Source of the DNA: a virus
Virus record (IMG/VR): IMGVR_UViG_3300036835_000152
DNA: 20,849 bases
Direction: 5' to 3' (one strand)
Shown: in pieces, positions 1-7,580 of the stretch
Layout of the letters: every line of letters starts with the position of its first letter
How positions within the stretch are numbered: position 1 is the first letter of the stretch
The notes under the pieces: model-generated
Seen by the model: the letters and a program-made list of their open reading frames with translations, nothing else
Databases searched by the model: none
Told to the model about the DNA's origin: nothing
Made by a program: the position numbers and the translations under genes

Positions 1-99
1 GTTCGCCAGCGTCCACCCGGCGCCGTCGCCGGACCGCTTGGACAGCCGGGCGTAGGACGCCACCGGCCTGAGGTCGGTGGCGGTGGTCGTGATGGTCAT
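1..99 (-). CDS. int: Large serine integrase, 5' end only (first 33 codons). Same sequence as 20723..20821.
   Basis: ATG at 99..97 is preceded by a GGAAGGA RBS (complement of 105-111). The frame runs off the window start and is identical to the start of ORF 19406..20821. Confidence 0.9.
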   Translation of the reverse strand, partial: MTITTTATDLRPVASYARLSKRSGDGAGWTLAN

Positions 100-127
100 G
101 CGGATCCTTCCACGGTGGCCCCGCGGT
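1..127. repeat. Terminal overlap: bases 1-127 are identical to 20723-20849 (circular closure or assembly overlap)
   Basis: Direct comparison of the two ends: gttcgccagcgtccacccgg...ccacggtggccccgcggt occurs at both termini. Unique length is 20722 bp. Confidence 0.97.
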
Positions 128-187
128 TCGGGGCTTCGCCCCGAGGGTATCACACATAGTCATTACTCGGCCTCCGCGGAGTACCGG

Positions 188-391
188 TTATGTGCGATCA
201 CCCGCACGCCCGTAGTCGGCCAGCCACGCCCCGACCAGGCCCGTCAACTGCGCCGCGTACGGCTCGGGCCACCCGGCCGCCAGGTTCAGCAGCCGCGCGA
301 CGAGATCCCCGTTGGCGGCCGCCAGCCTGTCGTACTTGGCCGCGGTCTCGTGATCGGCTTGGGCGTAGTCCGGCTCGGTCATGGGCGGCAT
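188..391 (-). CDS. Hypothetical small protein (67 aa), orphan between holin and integrase
   Basis: ORF with very high third-position GC, like neighbouring genes (ACC GAG CCG GAC TAC GCC...). No recognisable motif. Start could be 391 or 382. Confidence 0.55.
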   Translation of the reverse strand: MPPMTEPDYAQADHETAAKYDRLAAANGDLVARLLNLAAGWPEPYAAQLTGLVGAWLADYGRAGDRT

Positions 392-465
392 CGTAGCCGC
401 TGGACAACCCGCGCCCGGGGCGCCGCACTCGGGAACGGCACCCCGGGCCGGGGTGCGGTCGGAGT

Positions 466-726
466 CTAGTCCTCGGGCGGCTCGATCGGGCCGGTTCGGT
501 CGGCCTGCTGTTGCTGCCCGGCGCGGTAGCCGAACACGGCGCCCAGGATGCCGATGATGCCGCCACCCCAGCCGGTGAGGATCTGTGTCGCGTTCTCCGA
601 CAGGCCCGAGTTCTCCGGGTTGGTGACTGCGTCGTACATGACCGCGAACGTCACCACGTTGAGCGCGGTGGACATGCCGACCGCCAATATCAGCGCGATC
701 CAGTCGCGGGAGGGTTGCACGCGCAT
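466..726 (-). CDS. Holin-like membrane protein (86 aa, two hydrophobic helices)
   Basis: Two hydrophobic helices (WIALILAVGMSTALNVVTFAVM and GWGGGIIGILGAVFGY) and a charged C-terminus. GGAGG RBS 7 nt upstream of the ATG. Lies immediately downstream of the lysin. Confidence 0.7.
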   Translation of the reverse strand: MRVQPSRDWIALILAVGMSTALNVVTFAVMYDAVTNPENSGLSENATQILTGWGGGIIGILGAVFGYRAGQQQQADRTGPIEPPED

Positions 727-823
727 GTCGGGGCCTCCGGAGGGCCGCCCGCCGGTCGCTGGCCGTGCCGTGGATTCACGGCCAGGGGTTGCCGGGCCAG
801 GCGGGCGGCCCGGCTCGGGGTGG

Positions 824-1396
824 CTACTTGCCTAGGCGGTCGAGAATCTTGTCCACCTTGTCGTTGATGCCGTTCACCTGCCGTCGCAGGTCGGTGATGT
901 GCTGCTGCAGGTTCTCGGCCTCATCCTGCCCGGACTTGGCCCAGGTGTGGCCGTGCAGCACGGCGCTGGACAGTTCCTCGGGGGTGTCGTAATTCGCCAA
1001 CGGGTCTCCACCTCCTCCCACGCCAGGGATCTCCACATCGTTCACGTTGTCGGCCCATCCGGCATACGGCAGGCCCCAGGCCCGCTCGGGCCAGCCGAGA
1101 TCCACGGTGGCCACCTGCCCGGACCCGCCCGCGTCGGTGGACCGGATCCGGCCGCCGCCGACCGAGACCGCGATGTGCCCGTAACCCTTGCTGCCGCCGG
1201 TCCAATAGACCATGGCGCCGCGCGGCGGGTTCCGGTCGCCCTTGTGCCGGTGGAAGGCGTTACGCCAGGCGGTCGCCGCGTCGGGGAACAGCGAGCCGAT
1301 ATCGGCCCGTTCCCGGGACCATTGGAGGCAGTAGCCGGGGGAGTTGGTGTGCGAGGCTTCCGCGTTCTTGGCGGTCGCCTCGGCGTTCCTCACCAT
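824..1396 (-). CDS. Endolysin, CHAP/NlpC-P60-like cysteine peptidase with a C-terminal coiled coil
   Basis: Cys motif SPGYCLQWSRE, then PPRGAMVYWTGGSKGYGHIAVSVG (His). This Cys...His spacing is typical of CHAP amidase/peptidases. C-terminal heptad-like LQQHITDLRRQVNGINDKVDKILDRL. Adjacent to the holin. Confidence 0.8.
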   Translation of the reverse strand: MVRNAEATAKNAEASHTNSPGYCLQWSRERADIGSLFPDAATAWRNAFHRHKGDRNPPRGAMVYWTGGSKGYGHIAVSVGGGRIRSTDAGGSGQVATVDLGWPERAWGLPYAGWADNVNDVEIPGVGGGGDPLANYDTPEELSSAVLHGHTWAKSGQDEAENLQQHITDLRRQVNGINDKVDKILDRLGK

Positions 1397-1536
1397 GGCG
1401 GGCCGGGGTCGTCGTCGGGCAGCGGCCCGGGGGTGTCGGGGTCGTCGTCGTCGTCGGTGGCGGGGTGGCTGGCCGCGGTCCCGTCCGGGTCCTGCCCGGC
1501 CTCGGGCTCGATGTACTCGGGGGGTTGCTCAGTCAC
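1390..1536 (-). CDS. Possible small, very acidic protein (48 aa, GTG start)
   Basis: GTG at 1536 with an AGGAGA RBS 6 nt upstream. The start overlaps the stop of the upstream ORF, and the stop overlaps the lysin ATG. Low-complexity D/P-rich sequence, so coding status is uncertain. Confidence 0.35.
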   Translation of the reverse strand: MTEQPPEYIEPEAGQDPDGTAASHPATDDDDDPDTPGPLPDDDPGPPW

Positions 1537-1714
1537 GGCCGGTCTCCTGCTCGGCGGGCTCGTCGGCCTCGGGCTGGGTCTGCTCGGCCTTGGCCGCGTC
1601 GTACTTCTTGATCGCCTCATCCAGCCCGACCACGGCGGCCGCTAGCCGGTCCTCCGGGGTCTGCTCGGGCTGGGTCTGCTCGGGGGTCTGCTCGGTGCTG
1701 TCGGGCTCGGTCAT
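1529..1714 (-). CDS. Small acidic repeat protein (61 aa; EQTPEQTQPEQTPE repeats)
   Basis: ATG at 1714 with a GGAGTGAGAG RBS. N-terminal tandem EQT(P/Q) repeats are encoded by repeated GGGTCTGCTCGG (plus strand). The C-terminus is helical and charged. Confidence 0.5.
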   Translation of the reverse strand: MTEPDSTEQTPEQTQPEQTPEDRLAAAVVGLDEAIKKYDAAKAEQTQPEADEPAEQETGRD

Positions 1715-1719
1715 TGCTC

Positions 1720-1887
1720 TCACTCCAAAGGTGGGTCGATATCGGTGATCGGCTGGCCGCACGGACCACACCGAACGTCGGTGGTCACGATCGTTTCGCC
1801 GGTGTCCTCGTCGGTGAACTCCAGCATCATGGACATGGGGATGCCTTGGTTCTCGCATCCCTCGGTGTGACAGGTGACGGTGTGCAC
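1720..1887 (-). CDS. Small zinc-ribbon-like protein (55 aa, GTG start)
   Basis: GTG at 1887 with a GGAGGA RBS 5 nt upstream. Cys/His pairs CHTEGC ... CGPC. Confidence 0.55.
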   Translation of the reverse strand: MHTVTCHTEGCENQGIPMSMMLEFTDEDTGETIVTTDVRCGPCGQPITDIDPPLE

Positions 1888-1897
1888 GGCGGTCCTC

Positions 1898-2272
1898 CTA
1901 CACCTGTGCCGCGGTCCAGTAGGCGGAGATATCACCGGCCGACGCCCGGCGGCCCTGCGCGGTCATGCCGTCCTTGGTGATCGCCCCGGGGGTGACCCAC
2001 ACCGCCGAATAGGCGTTTGATCCGGTGGGGTTGCCGCTGTAGACCGTGAACATCACGGCCGTAGGTGAGGCCGTGAACCGCCCAGCCGGGAAGGTCACCG
2101 CCACCGATCCGGTGCCGTTGGCGGCTAGGCCGGTGATATCGAGCGTGCCCGCGGCCGCCGCCCCGAGTTTGGTGTCCACCGCGGTAGCCAGCGCCTTGAT
2201 CGCGTCGTCGCCGTCCATCACCCGGTCGGTGCCCACCGGGTACGGGTAGCCCTTCGGGGTAACGCTGCCCAT
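1898..2272 (-). CDS. Minor tail protein, possibly the receptor-binding tip (124 aa)
   Basis: N-terminal KGYPYPVGTDRVMDGDDAIKALATAVD motif, as seen in actinophage minor tail proteins. AAAGGCGGAG RBS. Directly follows the Dit-like gene. Confidence 0.6.
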   Translation of the reverse strand: MGSVTPKGYPYPVGTDRVMDGDDAIKALATAVDTKLGAAAAGTLDITGLAANGTGSVAVTFPAGRFTASPTAVMFTVYSGNPTGSNAYSAVWVTPGAITKDGMTAQGRRASAGDISAYWTAAQV

Positions 2273-2287
2273 GTTGCTCCGCCTTTC

Positions 2288-3589
2288 TCAGCCGCTCGGC
2301 CACTGATCCCAGGTGATCCCCGCCGGGTAGGTGGGGGCCAGGTAGTTCCACCGCAACGATGCCGGTACGTCGGCCCAGCGGCCTTGGTTGGGCCGGGGGC
2401 CCCAGCATGTCGCGTCGTCCCAGGTGCCGGGTGCGGTGTCCCACGTCATTGCCGCGTCCACCTCATCCCATTGGGGTGGGGGTGCGGTCCGGCAGTACCC
2501 CGACACCGCCAACTCGATCAGGTGGCTGTCCCCGGTGATGGTCTCCTGCCAGCCCTCAACCCACAGCACCGCCGTGGTCGGCGCATCCCCGGCGTACGGC
2601 AGGCCCTCTAACTGCACCAGTTTGGTCATGTCCAGGGTCAGCAGCGCCCAGGTTCGGTCTAGGTCCAGGTCCAGCACGTCGATCGGCAGGCTGGCCATGA
2701 TCCACACCGGCTCGGAGTTGCGGACCAGCAGCAGTGACGCCATGGCCTGCGCGTCCGCGGCGGCCGCCAACTCGGTGGCCGCGGTGTACTGATACCGGCC
2801 GAACGCGGCTACCGAGGTCTCATCGGAGGCCAGGTAGCGCGGTTGCTCCCCGCCTTCCGGGGTGGGCCCGTAGCCGATCGACACGTCATTGACCAGCCCT
2901 TCCAGGGTGCGCCGCCAGGTGGGGGTTACTGACAGGTCGCAGGCATCCAGCACCAGCGCCACCACCGACGAATGCCGCCACAGCGCGTCACCATAGGAGA
3001 ACCAGCCGGTCCGGCCCTCCCACAGCACCCCACCGGCGGACTCGGCTACCGAGTGGATCAGGTCCAGCGCGGGCTGGCTGTCCACGTCGCGGGGCAGGAT
3101 CTGCACGGTGCCCGGGTCGGTCAGATACCAGGGTTGCTGTCCTTGGGTATACCCGGCTTCTTTCAGGATCCGGGACACCCGCTTGCCGTCGAGTTCCTGC
3201 GACCACGGTTTCGCGCCGACGACACGGCGCCCGAGGTCGGCCATCGCGGACACGGCGATGATCTGCGCCAGCACCGCGTTGGGGGTGTCCTCGTCGGCCT
3301 CGTCCCAGCCGATCGACACGTCGGTGACCTTGCCCGCGAACCGGGTGGCCCGGCGGCCTGCGGTGTCGTCTACGGATATCTGGACACCCCAGCCGATATC
3401 CAGGCCGGGCGGCAGTTGGTCAACGGTGCTGTCCAGGGACAGGTCCAAGGTGACGGTCATGGCCTCGGGCTGGCTGTCGGCGTCGTCGCGGCCGTACTTG
3501 ACCGAGATCGTGTCCACCAGGCAGGCGTAGTTGGTGGCCGGGGCCTGCCCCGGCGGGTACAGCCACACATTCCAAGTCCCGGCGGTCAT
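2288..3589 (-). CDS. Minor tail protein, distal-tail (Dit)-like (433 aa)
   Basis: ATGA overlap with the tape measure stop, which is the canonical position after the TMP. The N-terminal beta-rich region resembles siphovirus tail-family proteins. Assigned by synteny and general sequence character. Confidence 0.65.
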   Translation of the reverse strand: MTAGTWNVWLYPPGQAPATNYACLVDTISVKYGRDDADSQPEAMTVTLDLSLDSTVDQLPPGLDIGWGVQISVDDTAGRRATRFAGKVTDVSIGWDEADEDTPNAVLAQIIAVSAMADLGRRVVGAKPWSQELDGKRVSRILKEAGYTQGQQPWYLTDPGTVQILPRDVDSQPALDLIHSVAESAGGVLWEGRTGWFSYGDALWRHSSVVALVLDACDLSVTPTWRRTLEGLVNDVSIGYGPTPEGGEQPRYLASDETSVAAFGRYQYTAATELAAAADAQAMASLLLVRNSEPVWIMASLPIDVLDLDLDRTWALLTLDMTKLVQLEGLPYAGDAPTTAVLWVEGWQETITGDSHLIELAVSGYCRTAPPPQWDEVDAAMTWDTAPGTWDDATCWGPRPNQGRWADVPASLRWNYLAPTYPAGITWDQWPSG

Positions 3590-5559
3590 GTCGCCAGCCC
3601 GACCCGCCGGTCGTGTCCGGCGAGGATGCGCCGGATCTGCCGGGCGGTCGCCTCGGGGTCGATCGCGCCGGTGACGTTGATAACCACGCTGCCGCCCGCG
3701 GGGGCACCGGTGGCGGCCCGGCGGCCGGTGTAGGCGCCGCGGGGCACCGCGGGCGCCGTGTAGGCCCGTCCGGCGCGGCCGACCACGGTGGGCGCCGGGG
3801 TGGGCGCCACCGCCTTGAACGGGTTCAGTTTGCCGATCGCGCTACCCACGTCGGGCACCTTGATCTTGCCCAGCCAGTCGATCAGCGACCGGACGGCGGA
3901 GATCGCAGAATCGACCGCCGACTTGATCGCGTCGAACGGCGCCGACACGGCCGACCCCACCGAGCGGGCCGCGGACTTGATCGCGTTGAACGCGGTCGTG
4001 AACAGGTTGCGGACGGCGTTGGCCACGGTGCTGGCCACCGACCGGATCCCGTTGAACACCGACTTGATCACCGACACCTGAGACCGGACCACGGCGGTGA
4101 TCGCCCGCCACGCGGCCGACCACAGCGCCTTCACCGCCCGGGCCACCGCGGACCCGGCGGCCTTGATCGCGTTGAACACCGACCGGAACACCGAGGCCCC
4201 GGCCCGGGCGGCCGCCGAGACCGCCCGCCAGGCGGAGCGGAACACCGCCGAGATCGCCCGCCCGGCGGCCTGCGCCCCGGACTTGATGACCCGCCACCCG
4301 GCCGCTAGTACCGCTTTCACCTTGGACCAGTGCTTGATGATCATGGCCACGGCCAGGCCGAACGGGCCCGCCAGGATCGTCAGCAGCAGCGGCCACCGGC
4401 GTTTGATCCAGTTCCACACCGCCATGCCCGCGGCCTTGATCCCGTTCCACGCGGCGGTGATCGCGGACCACGCGCCGGTGAACACCGCCACCATGACGTT
4501 GGCCGCCGCGGTGGCGCCGGTCCTGATCGCGGACCACACCGCCATGACCACGGCCCGGAAGGTCTCCGACTTGCGCCACAGGATCACCACGGCCGCCACC
4601 AGCGCGATCACCGCCGCGATCACCAGGAAAATCGGGTTCGTGAGCCAGGTGGCTTTTTGGACGGCGCCGACCACCACCAAGGTGGCTTGGTAGACCTTCA
4701 GCGCGGCGTTGATCACCAGCACCGCGGACGCCACCGCCAGGATCGCCCCGGCGATGATCTGAAACGCGGTGGTGTTCTTGGACACCAGGTTGGCCAGCCC
4801 GCCGAGTGCCGTGGACAGTGCCGCCACCACCGGCAGCAGCGCCGTCCCGAGGTTCGATTTCATGTTCTCGTATTGGGCGGCCGCGATCTGCGCGGCCCCG
4901 GCCGCCGAGTCCGACTCCCGGGCGAACTGCCCTTGTGCGTCGGCGGTCTGCTTGTTCACCAACTCCAGCAGCGCCATGGTCTTGGCTTGCTTGCCCGCGG
5001 CGCCGGTCAGTTTGTCGGTGCCGTCGGCGGCCTGCTGTGCCGCTATGTCGGCCTGCTTCACCGACACGCCGTACCGCTCGATGGGGTCGGTCTCGCCGCG
5101 GAACGCCGCGGACAGCGCCTCCACCGCTTCGGCGGTGGTGCCGCCGTAGGTGGCGGCCAGGTCGGCGCCCAGGGTGATCAGGTCATTGGTCTGCCCGGCC
5201 ACCTGTTTCATGGGCAGGCCCATGTTCTTCAGTTGGGCCCCGAGCACCGAGGCGAGTTCCCCGTACTCGGATTTGGCCAGGCCCACCGAGGTGGCGGCCC
5301 CGGCGGCCCATTTCTTGACCTGCCCGGCGTTGCGGCCGAACACCGAATCGACGGCGCCCATGGCTTGCTGGGTCCGGGATGCGGAGTCGATCGCGGCCTT
5401 CCCGAACGCGGTGATGCCCGCGACCGCGGCGGCCGCGGGCACGGTCAGTTTCGACATTTTGGCGCCGAACCGGTCCAGTTTGCCGCCCGCGGAGTCCAGG
5501 CCCGCGGCGCCCTTCGAGTAGTCGGTGACGATCCGGACCACCAGCAGCGCATCAACCAT
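3586..5559 (-). CDS. Tape measure protein (657 aa)
   Basis: Long Ala/Gly-rich helical protein with central hydrophobic segments and many roughly 11-residue repeats (F.AIKSA.., W.AI...). Position is after the chaperone gene and before the Dit-like gene. Confidence 0.9.
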   Translation of the reverse strand: MVDALLVVRIVTDYSKGAAGLDSAGGKLDRFGAKMSKLTVPAAAAVAGITAFGKAAIDSASRTQQAMGAVDSVFGRNAGQVKKWAAGAATSVGLAKSEYGELASVLGAQLKNMGLPMKQVAGQTNDLITLGADLAATYGGTTAEAVEALSAAFRGETDPIERYGVSVKQADIAAQQAADGTDKLTGAAGKQAKTMALLELVNKQTADAQGQFARESDSAAGAAQIAAAQYENMKSNLGTALLPVVAALSTALGGLANLVSKNTTAFQIIAGAILAVASAVLVINAALKVYQATLVVVGAVQKATWLTNPIFLVIAAVIALVAAVVILWRKSETFRAVVMAVWSAIRTGATAAANVMVAVFTGAWSAITAAWNGIKAAGMAVWNWIKRRWPLLLTILAGPFGLAVAMIIKHWSKVKAVLAAGWRVIKSGAQAAGRAISAVFRSAWRAVSAAARAGASVFRSVFNAIKAAGSAVARAVKALWSAAWRAITAVVRSQVSVIKSVFNGIRSVASTVANAVRNLFTTAFNAIKSAARSVGSAVSAPFDAIKSAVDSAISAVRSLIDWLGKIKVPDVGSAIGKLNPFKAVAPTPAPTVVGRAGRAYTAPAVPRGAYTGRRAATGAPAGGSVVINVTGAIDPEATARQIRRILAGHDRRVGLAT

Positions 5560-5719
5560 GGCGGCCCCGCTTCCGGTTCGCCTGCTCGGCTTGCTTGTTC
5601 AGCACGTCCAGCACGGTGGCTAGGGTGCTGTCGTCCTCATCGCGCCAGTGCCTCGGTGCGGTGTTGGTGGCCACGGCAACTTCTACGATCAGCCGGGCTC
5701 GGGACCCGGCGGGAAAGGG
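5552..5719 (-). CDS. Candidate -1 frameshift extension of the tail assembly chaperone (GT-like product)
   Basis: Slippery C_CCT_TTC in the zero frame (complement of 5713-5719). The -1 frame stays open for about 53 codons and stops at TGA 5554..5552, just inside the TMP start. Confidence 0.5.
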   Translation of the reverse strand, partial: PFPAGSRARLIVEVAVATNTAPRHWRDEDDSTLATVLDVLNKQAEQANRKRGRHG

Positions 5720-6006
5720 GTGCCGATCTCGTCGTCGTCGGGCTTGTCCAGGTTGTCCACGTCAAGCACCTCGTTACGCCACGCCTCCCAGGTGTGCTCG
5801 GACGGGATCGCGCCAGTACGCCGGGCCGCGGCCCAACTGATGAACGTCAGCCACAGGAACGGCGCCTCTTGGAACGGCGGCCACTTGTGCTTGACCCGGG
5901 TCTCGTCCCACCGGATCAGGTCCGGGTTGGCGGTCTGGATCTCCAGGTCGTCGTAGCCCTCGCGCACCACCCGCACCCGCGGGCTTGTCAGTCGTACCTC
6001 GCCCAT
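5689..6006 (-). CDS. Tail assembly chaperone (G-like, 105 aa)
   Basis: Start is the internal ATG at 6006, 4 nt after the stop of the upstream gene. Small acidic protein immediately upstream of the TMP. A slippery heptamer lies near its 3' end. Confidence 0.65.
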   Translation of the reverse strand: MGEVRLTSPRVRVVREGYDDLEIQTANPDLIRWDETRVKHKWPPFQEAPFLWLTFISWAAARRTGAIPSEHTWEAWRNEVLDVDNLDKPDDDEIGTPFPPGPEPG

Positions 6007-6010
6007 GCCT

Positions 6011-6382
6011 CTAGGCCCCTTCCACGGTCCCGATGATCCGGACCAACTCGGCCCGGTAGTAGTTGATCCACACGCCCTCGGTGTCCTCCGCGGCCGGGCG
6101 CAGGTAGGGCTGTGCCGCGATGTGGTGGCCGGGCCACCCGTACTCCTGCACCCCGGCATAGACCCGGCTCGACGCGGCTTCCGCGGTGGCGCCGGTGTGG
6201 CTGGCCCGGATCGACCCGGCCAGCGCCCCGGTGTGCTTCGGGGCCCGGCCTTGGGCCCGGACCCGGATCAGGTTGGCGGCCTGCTCGGTGGCGTTGTCCA
6301 TGTGCGCCAGTTGGTCGGCGGCACGGTGCAGCGTGGCGGCCAGGCGTTCCCGGCCGACCACCTCCGCTACCTGTCCGGTCAC
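6011..6382 (-). CDS. HK97 gp10-family head-tail/neck protein (123 aa, GTG start)
   Basis: GTGA overlap with the upstream stop. Motif RAPKHTGALAGSIRA...YAGVQEYGW...AQPYLRPA is characteristic of the HK97 gp10-like family. Confidence 0.75.
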   Translation of the reverse strand: MTGQVAEVVGRERLAATLHRAADQLAHMDNATEQAANLIRVRAQGRAPKHTGALAGSIRASHTGATAEAASSRVYAGVQEYGWPGHHIAAQPYLRPAAEDTEGVWINYYRAELVRIIGTVEGA

Positions 6383-6855
6383 GCGGGCACCGGCTCGGCC
6401 TCGGGCTCGGCCTGCGTCCCGTTCCCGGCGGCCTGCGACCCGTAGGTATAGGCGGGCTTCCCGACGATCGTGAACTCGAAATCCGAGGTCATGGTTTCGG
6501 TGGTCTCGTCGCCACCGAAATCGAGCGGGTCGATCACCAGGGTGCCGGTGGCTGTGGTGCCCGCGTCGGTGTTCGGGGTGAACGTGAACGGTTGCTCGGT
6601 GCCGGGCGCATCCTGCGACAGCGCGAACAGTCCGGCCGGGTCGTCCACGTCGGTATCGACGTTGCCGGACAGGCTGTAGGTGTAGGTGACCGCGCCGGGC
6701 CGGACGGTGCCGCACAGTTTCGTGGTCGAGTCGCCCTCGTCCTTGTCGGCACTGATCGTCGCGTTGTTCACCAGGCAGGACACGTCGATCTCGGTCCCGG
6801 TCTCCCCGATCGTCAGGGTGCCCGGGCCCAGGGGGTAGGTGTCGCCAGCGGCCAT
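6379..6855 (-). CDS. Major tail (tube) protein candidate (158 aa)
   Basis: Strong AGGAGG RBS. Beta-rich, T/D/G-rich sequence typical of actinophage major tail proteins (GTLTIGETGTEIDVSC...YTYSLSGNVDTD...FTFTPNT). Its position before the gp10-like gene is atypical. Confidence 0.55.
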   Translation of the reverse strand: MAAGDTYPLGPGTLTIGETGTEIDVSCLVNNATISADKDEGDSTTKLCGTVRPGAVTYTYSLSGNVDTDVDDPAGLFALSQDAPGTEQPFTFTPNTDAGTTATGTLVIDPLDFGGDETTETMTSDFEFTIVGKPAYTYGSQAAGNGTQAEPEAEPVPA

Positions 6856-6866
6856 GTCGGGGCCTC

Positions 6867-7253
6867 CTAGTCGATCGTCACCCGGAACCGGATCCCGGGC
6901 ATGGTTTGGTTGTCGTTGAACGTCAGTGCGGTGGGCTCGGCGTAGTCGATCCGGCCCACCCGGCGCAGCACCGGCGCCACCAGGTCACGGAACGAATCGC
7001 CCTCATCCACGGTGGTCGCCAGGTAGGCCGCGGGCAGCACCACGTACACGTCGTAGGCGTGTTGCGCGGGGTCGCACAGCGGGCCGTTCCAGAGGGTCTG
7101 GCGCCACCGCGGCCACGCGGCCCCGGGGGTGGCCACGTCGGGCACCTCGGAGGTGGCGGCCAGACCCGGCACGGTGTTGAGCGCGGCCACCAGCCGGGCC
7201 CGGGTGTCGGCGCCGGATCCGCGGACCCGCTCGGCGGGTTGGGCCAGACTCAT
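6867..7253 (-). CDS. Head-tail joining or tail terminator-like protein (128 aa)
   Basis: ATGA overlap with the connector gene. The N-terminal LVAALNTVPGLAA...P...PGAAWP pattern resembles DUF3168/tail-terminator proteins. Assignment is tentative. Confidence 0.5.
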   Translation of the reverse strand: MSLAQPAERVRGSGADTRARLVAALNTVPGLAATSEVPDVATPGAAWPRWRQTLWNGPLCDPAQHAYDVYVVLPAAYLATTVDEGDSFRDLVAPVLRRVGRIDYAEPTALTFNDNQTMPGIRFRVTID

Positions 7254-7570
7254 GCCAGCACCTGCCGTCGCCAGGCCCGCTCATGTTCCTCCACCAGTGA
7301 GTCGAGATACGGCAGCGCGGTGGGCCCGTACTCGGAGGCGTCCAGCCCGACCATGCCCAACGGCAGGTTGCGGGCCGCGGCCTCCCGCTGGATCCGGCGC
7401 AGCAGCGCCTGCGCGAGCGCGTACGGGTAGGCGCCCTCGGGCCAGGCGCACCGGGCGGTCTGATCGTCCATCGCCGCGCCGCGCATCCGCTCCAGGTCCT
7501 CATCGGACAGTTGCGCGGCCGGGACTTTCAGGTACGCCCGTACCTCATCCAACGTCGGGATCTCGGCCAC
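7250..7570 (-). CDS. Head-tail connector (gp6-like adaptor, 106 aa, GTG start)
   Basis: Immediately follows the capsid gene. The N-terminal PTLDEVRAYLKVPAAQLSDEDLERM pattern is typical of gp6-like head-tail connector proteins. Confidence 0.7.
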   Translation of the reverse strand: MAEIPTLDEVRAYLKVPAAQLSDEDLERMRGAAMDDQTARCAWPEGAYPYALAQALLRRIQREAAARNLPLGMVGLDASEYGPTALPYLDSLVEEHERAWRRQVLA

Positions 7571-7580
7571 GGTCCGGCCC

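Noticed and set aside
1-127. Terminal repeat as a biological direct terminal repeat or att duplication
   Set aside because: It cannot be excluded from sequence alone. However, the repeat cuts through the integrase coding sequence and is exactly 127 bp, a common maximum assembler k-mer. Circular-assembly overlap is the simpler reading.
4330-6036. 568-aa plus-strand ORF (and 3613..4308, 231 aa) opposite the tape measure gene
   Set aside because: Arg/Gly/His-rich nonsense composition, antisense to a well-supported TMP and chaperone. It is a GC-driven spurious ORF.
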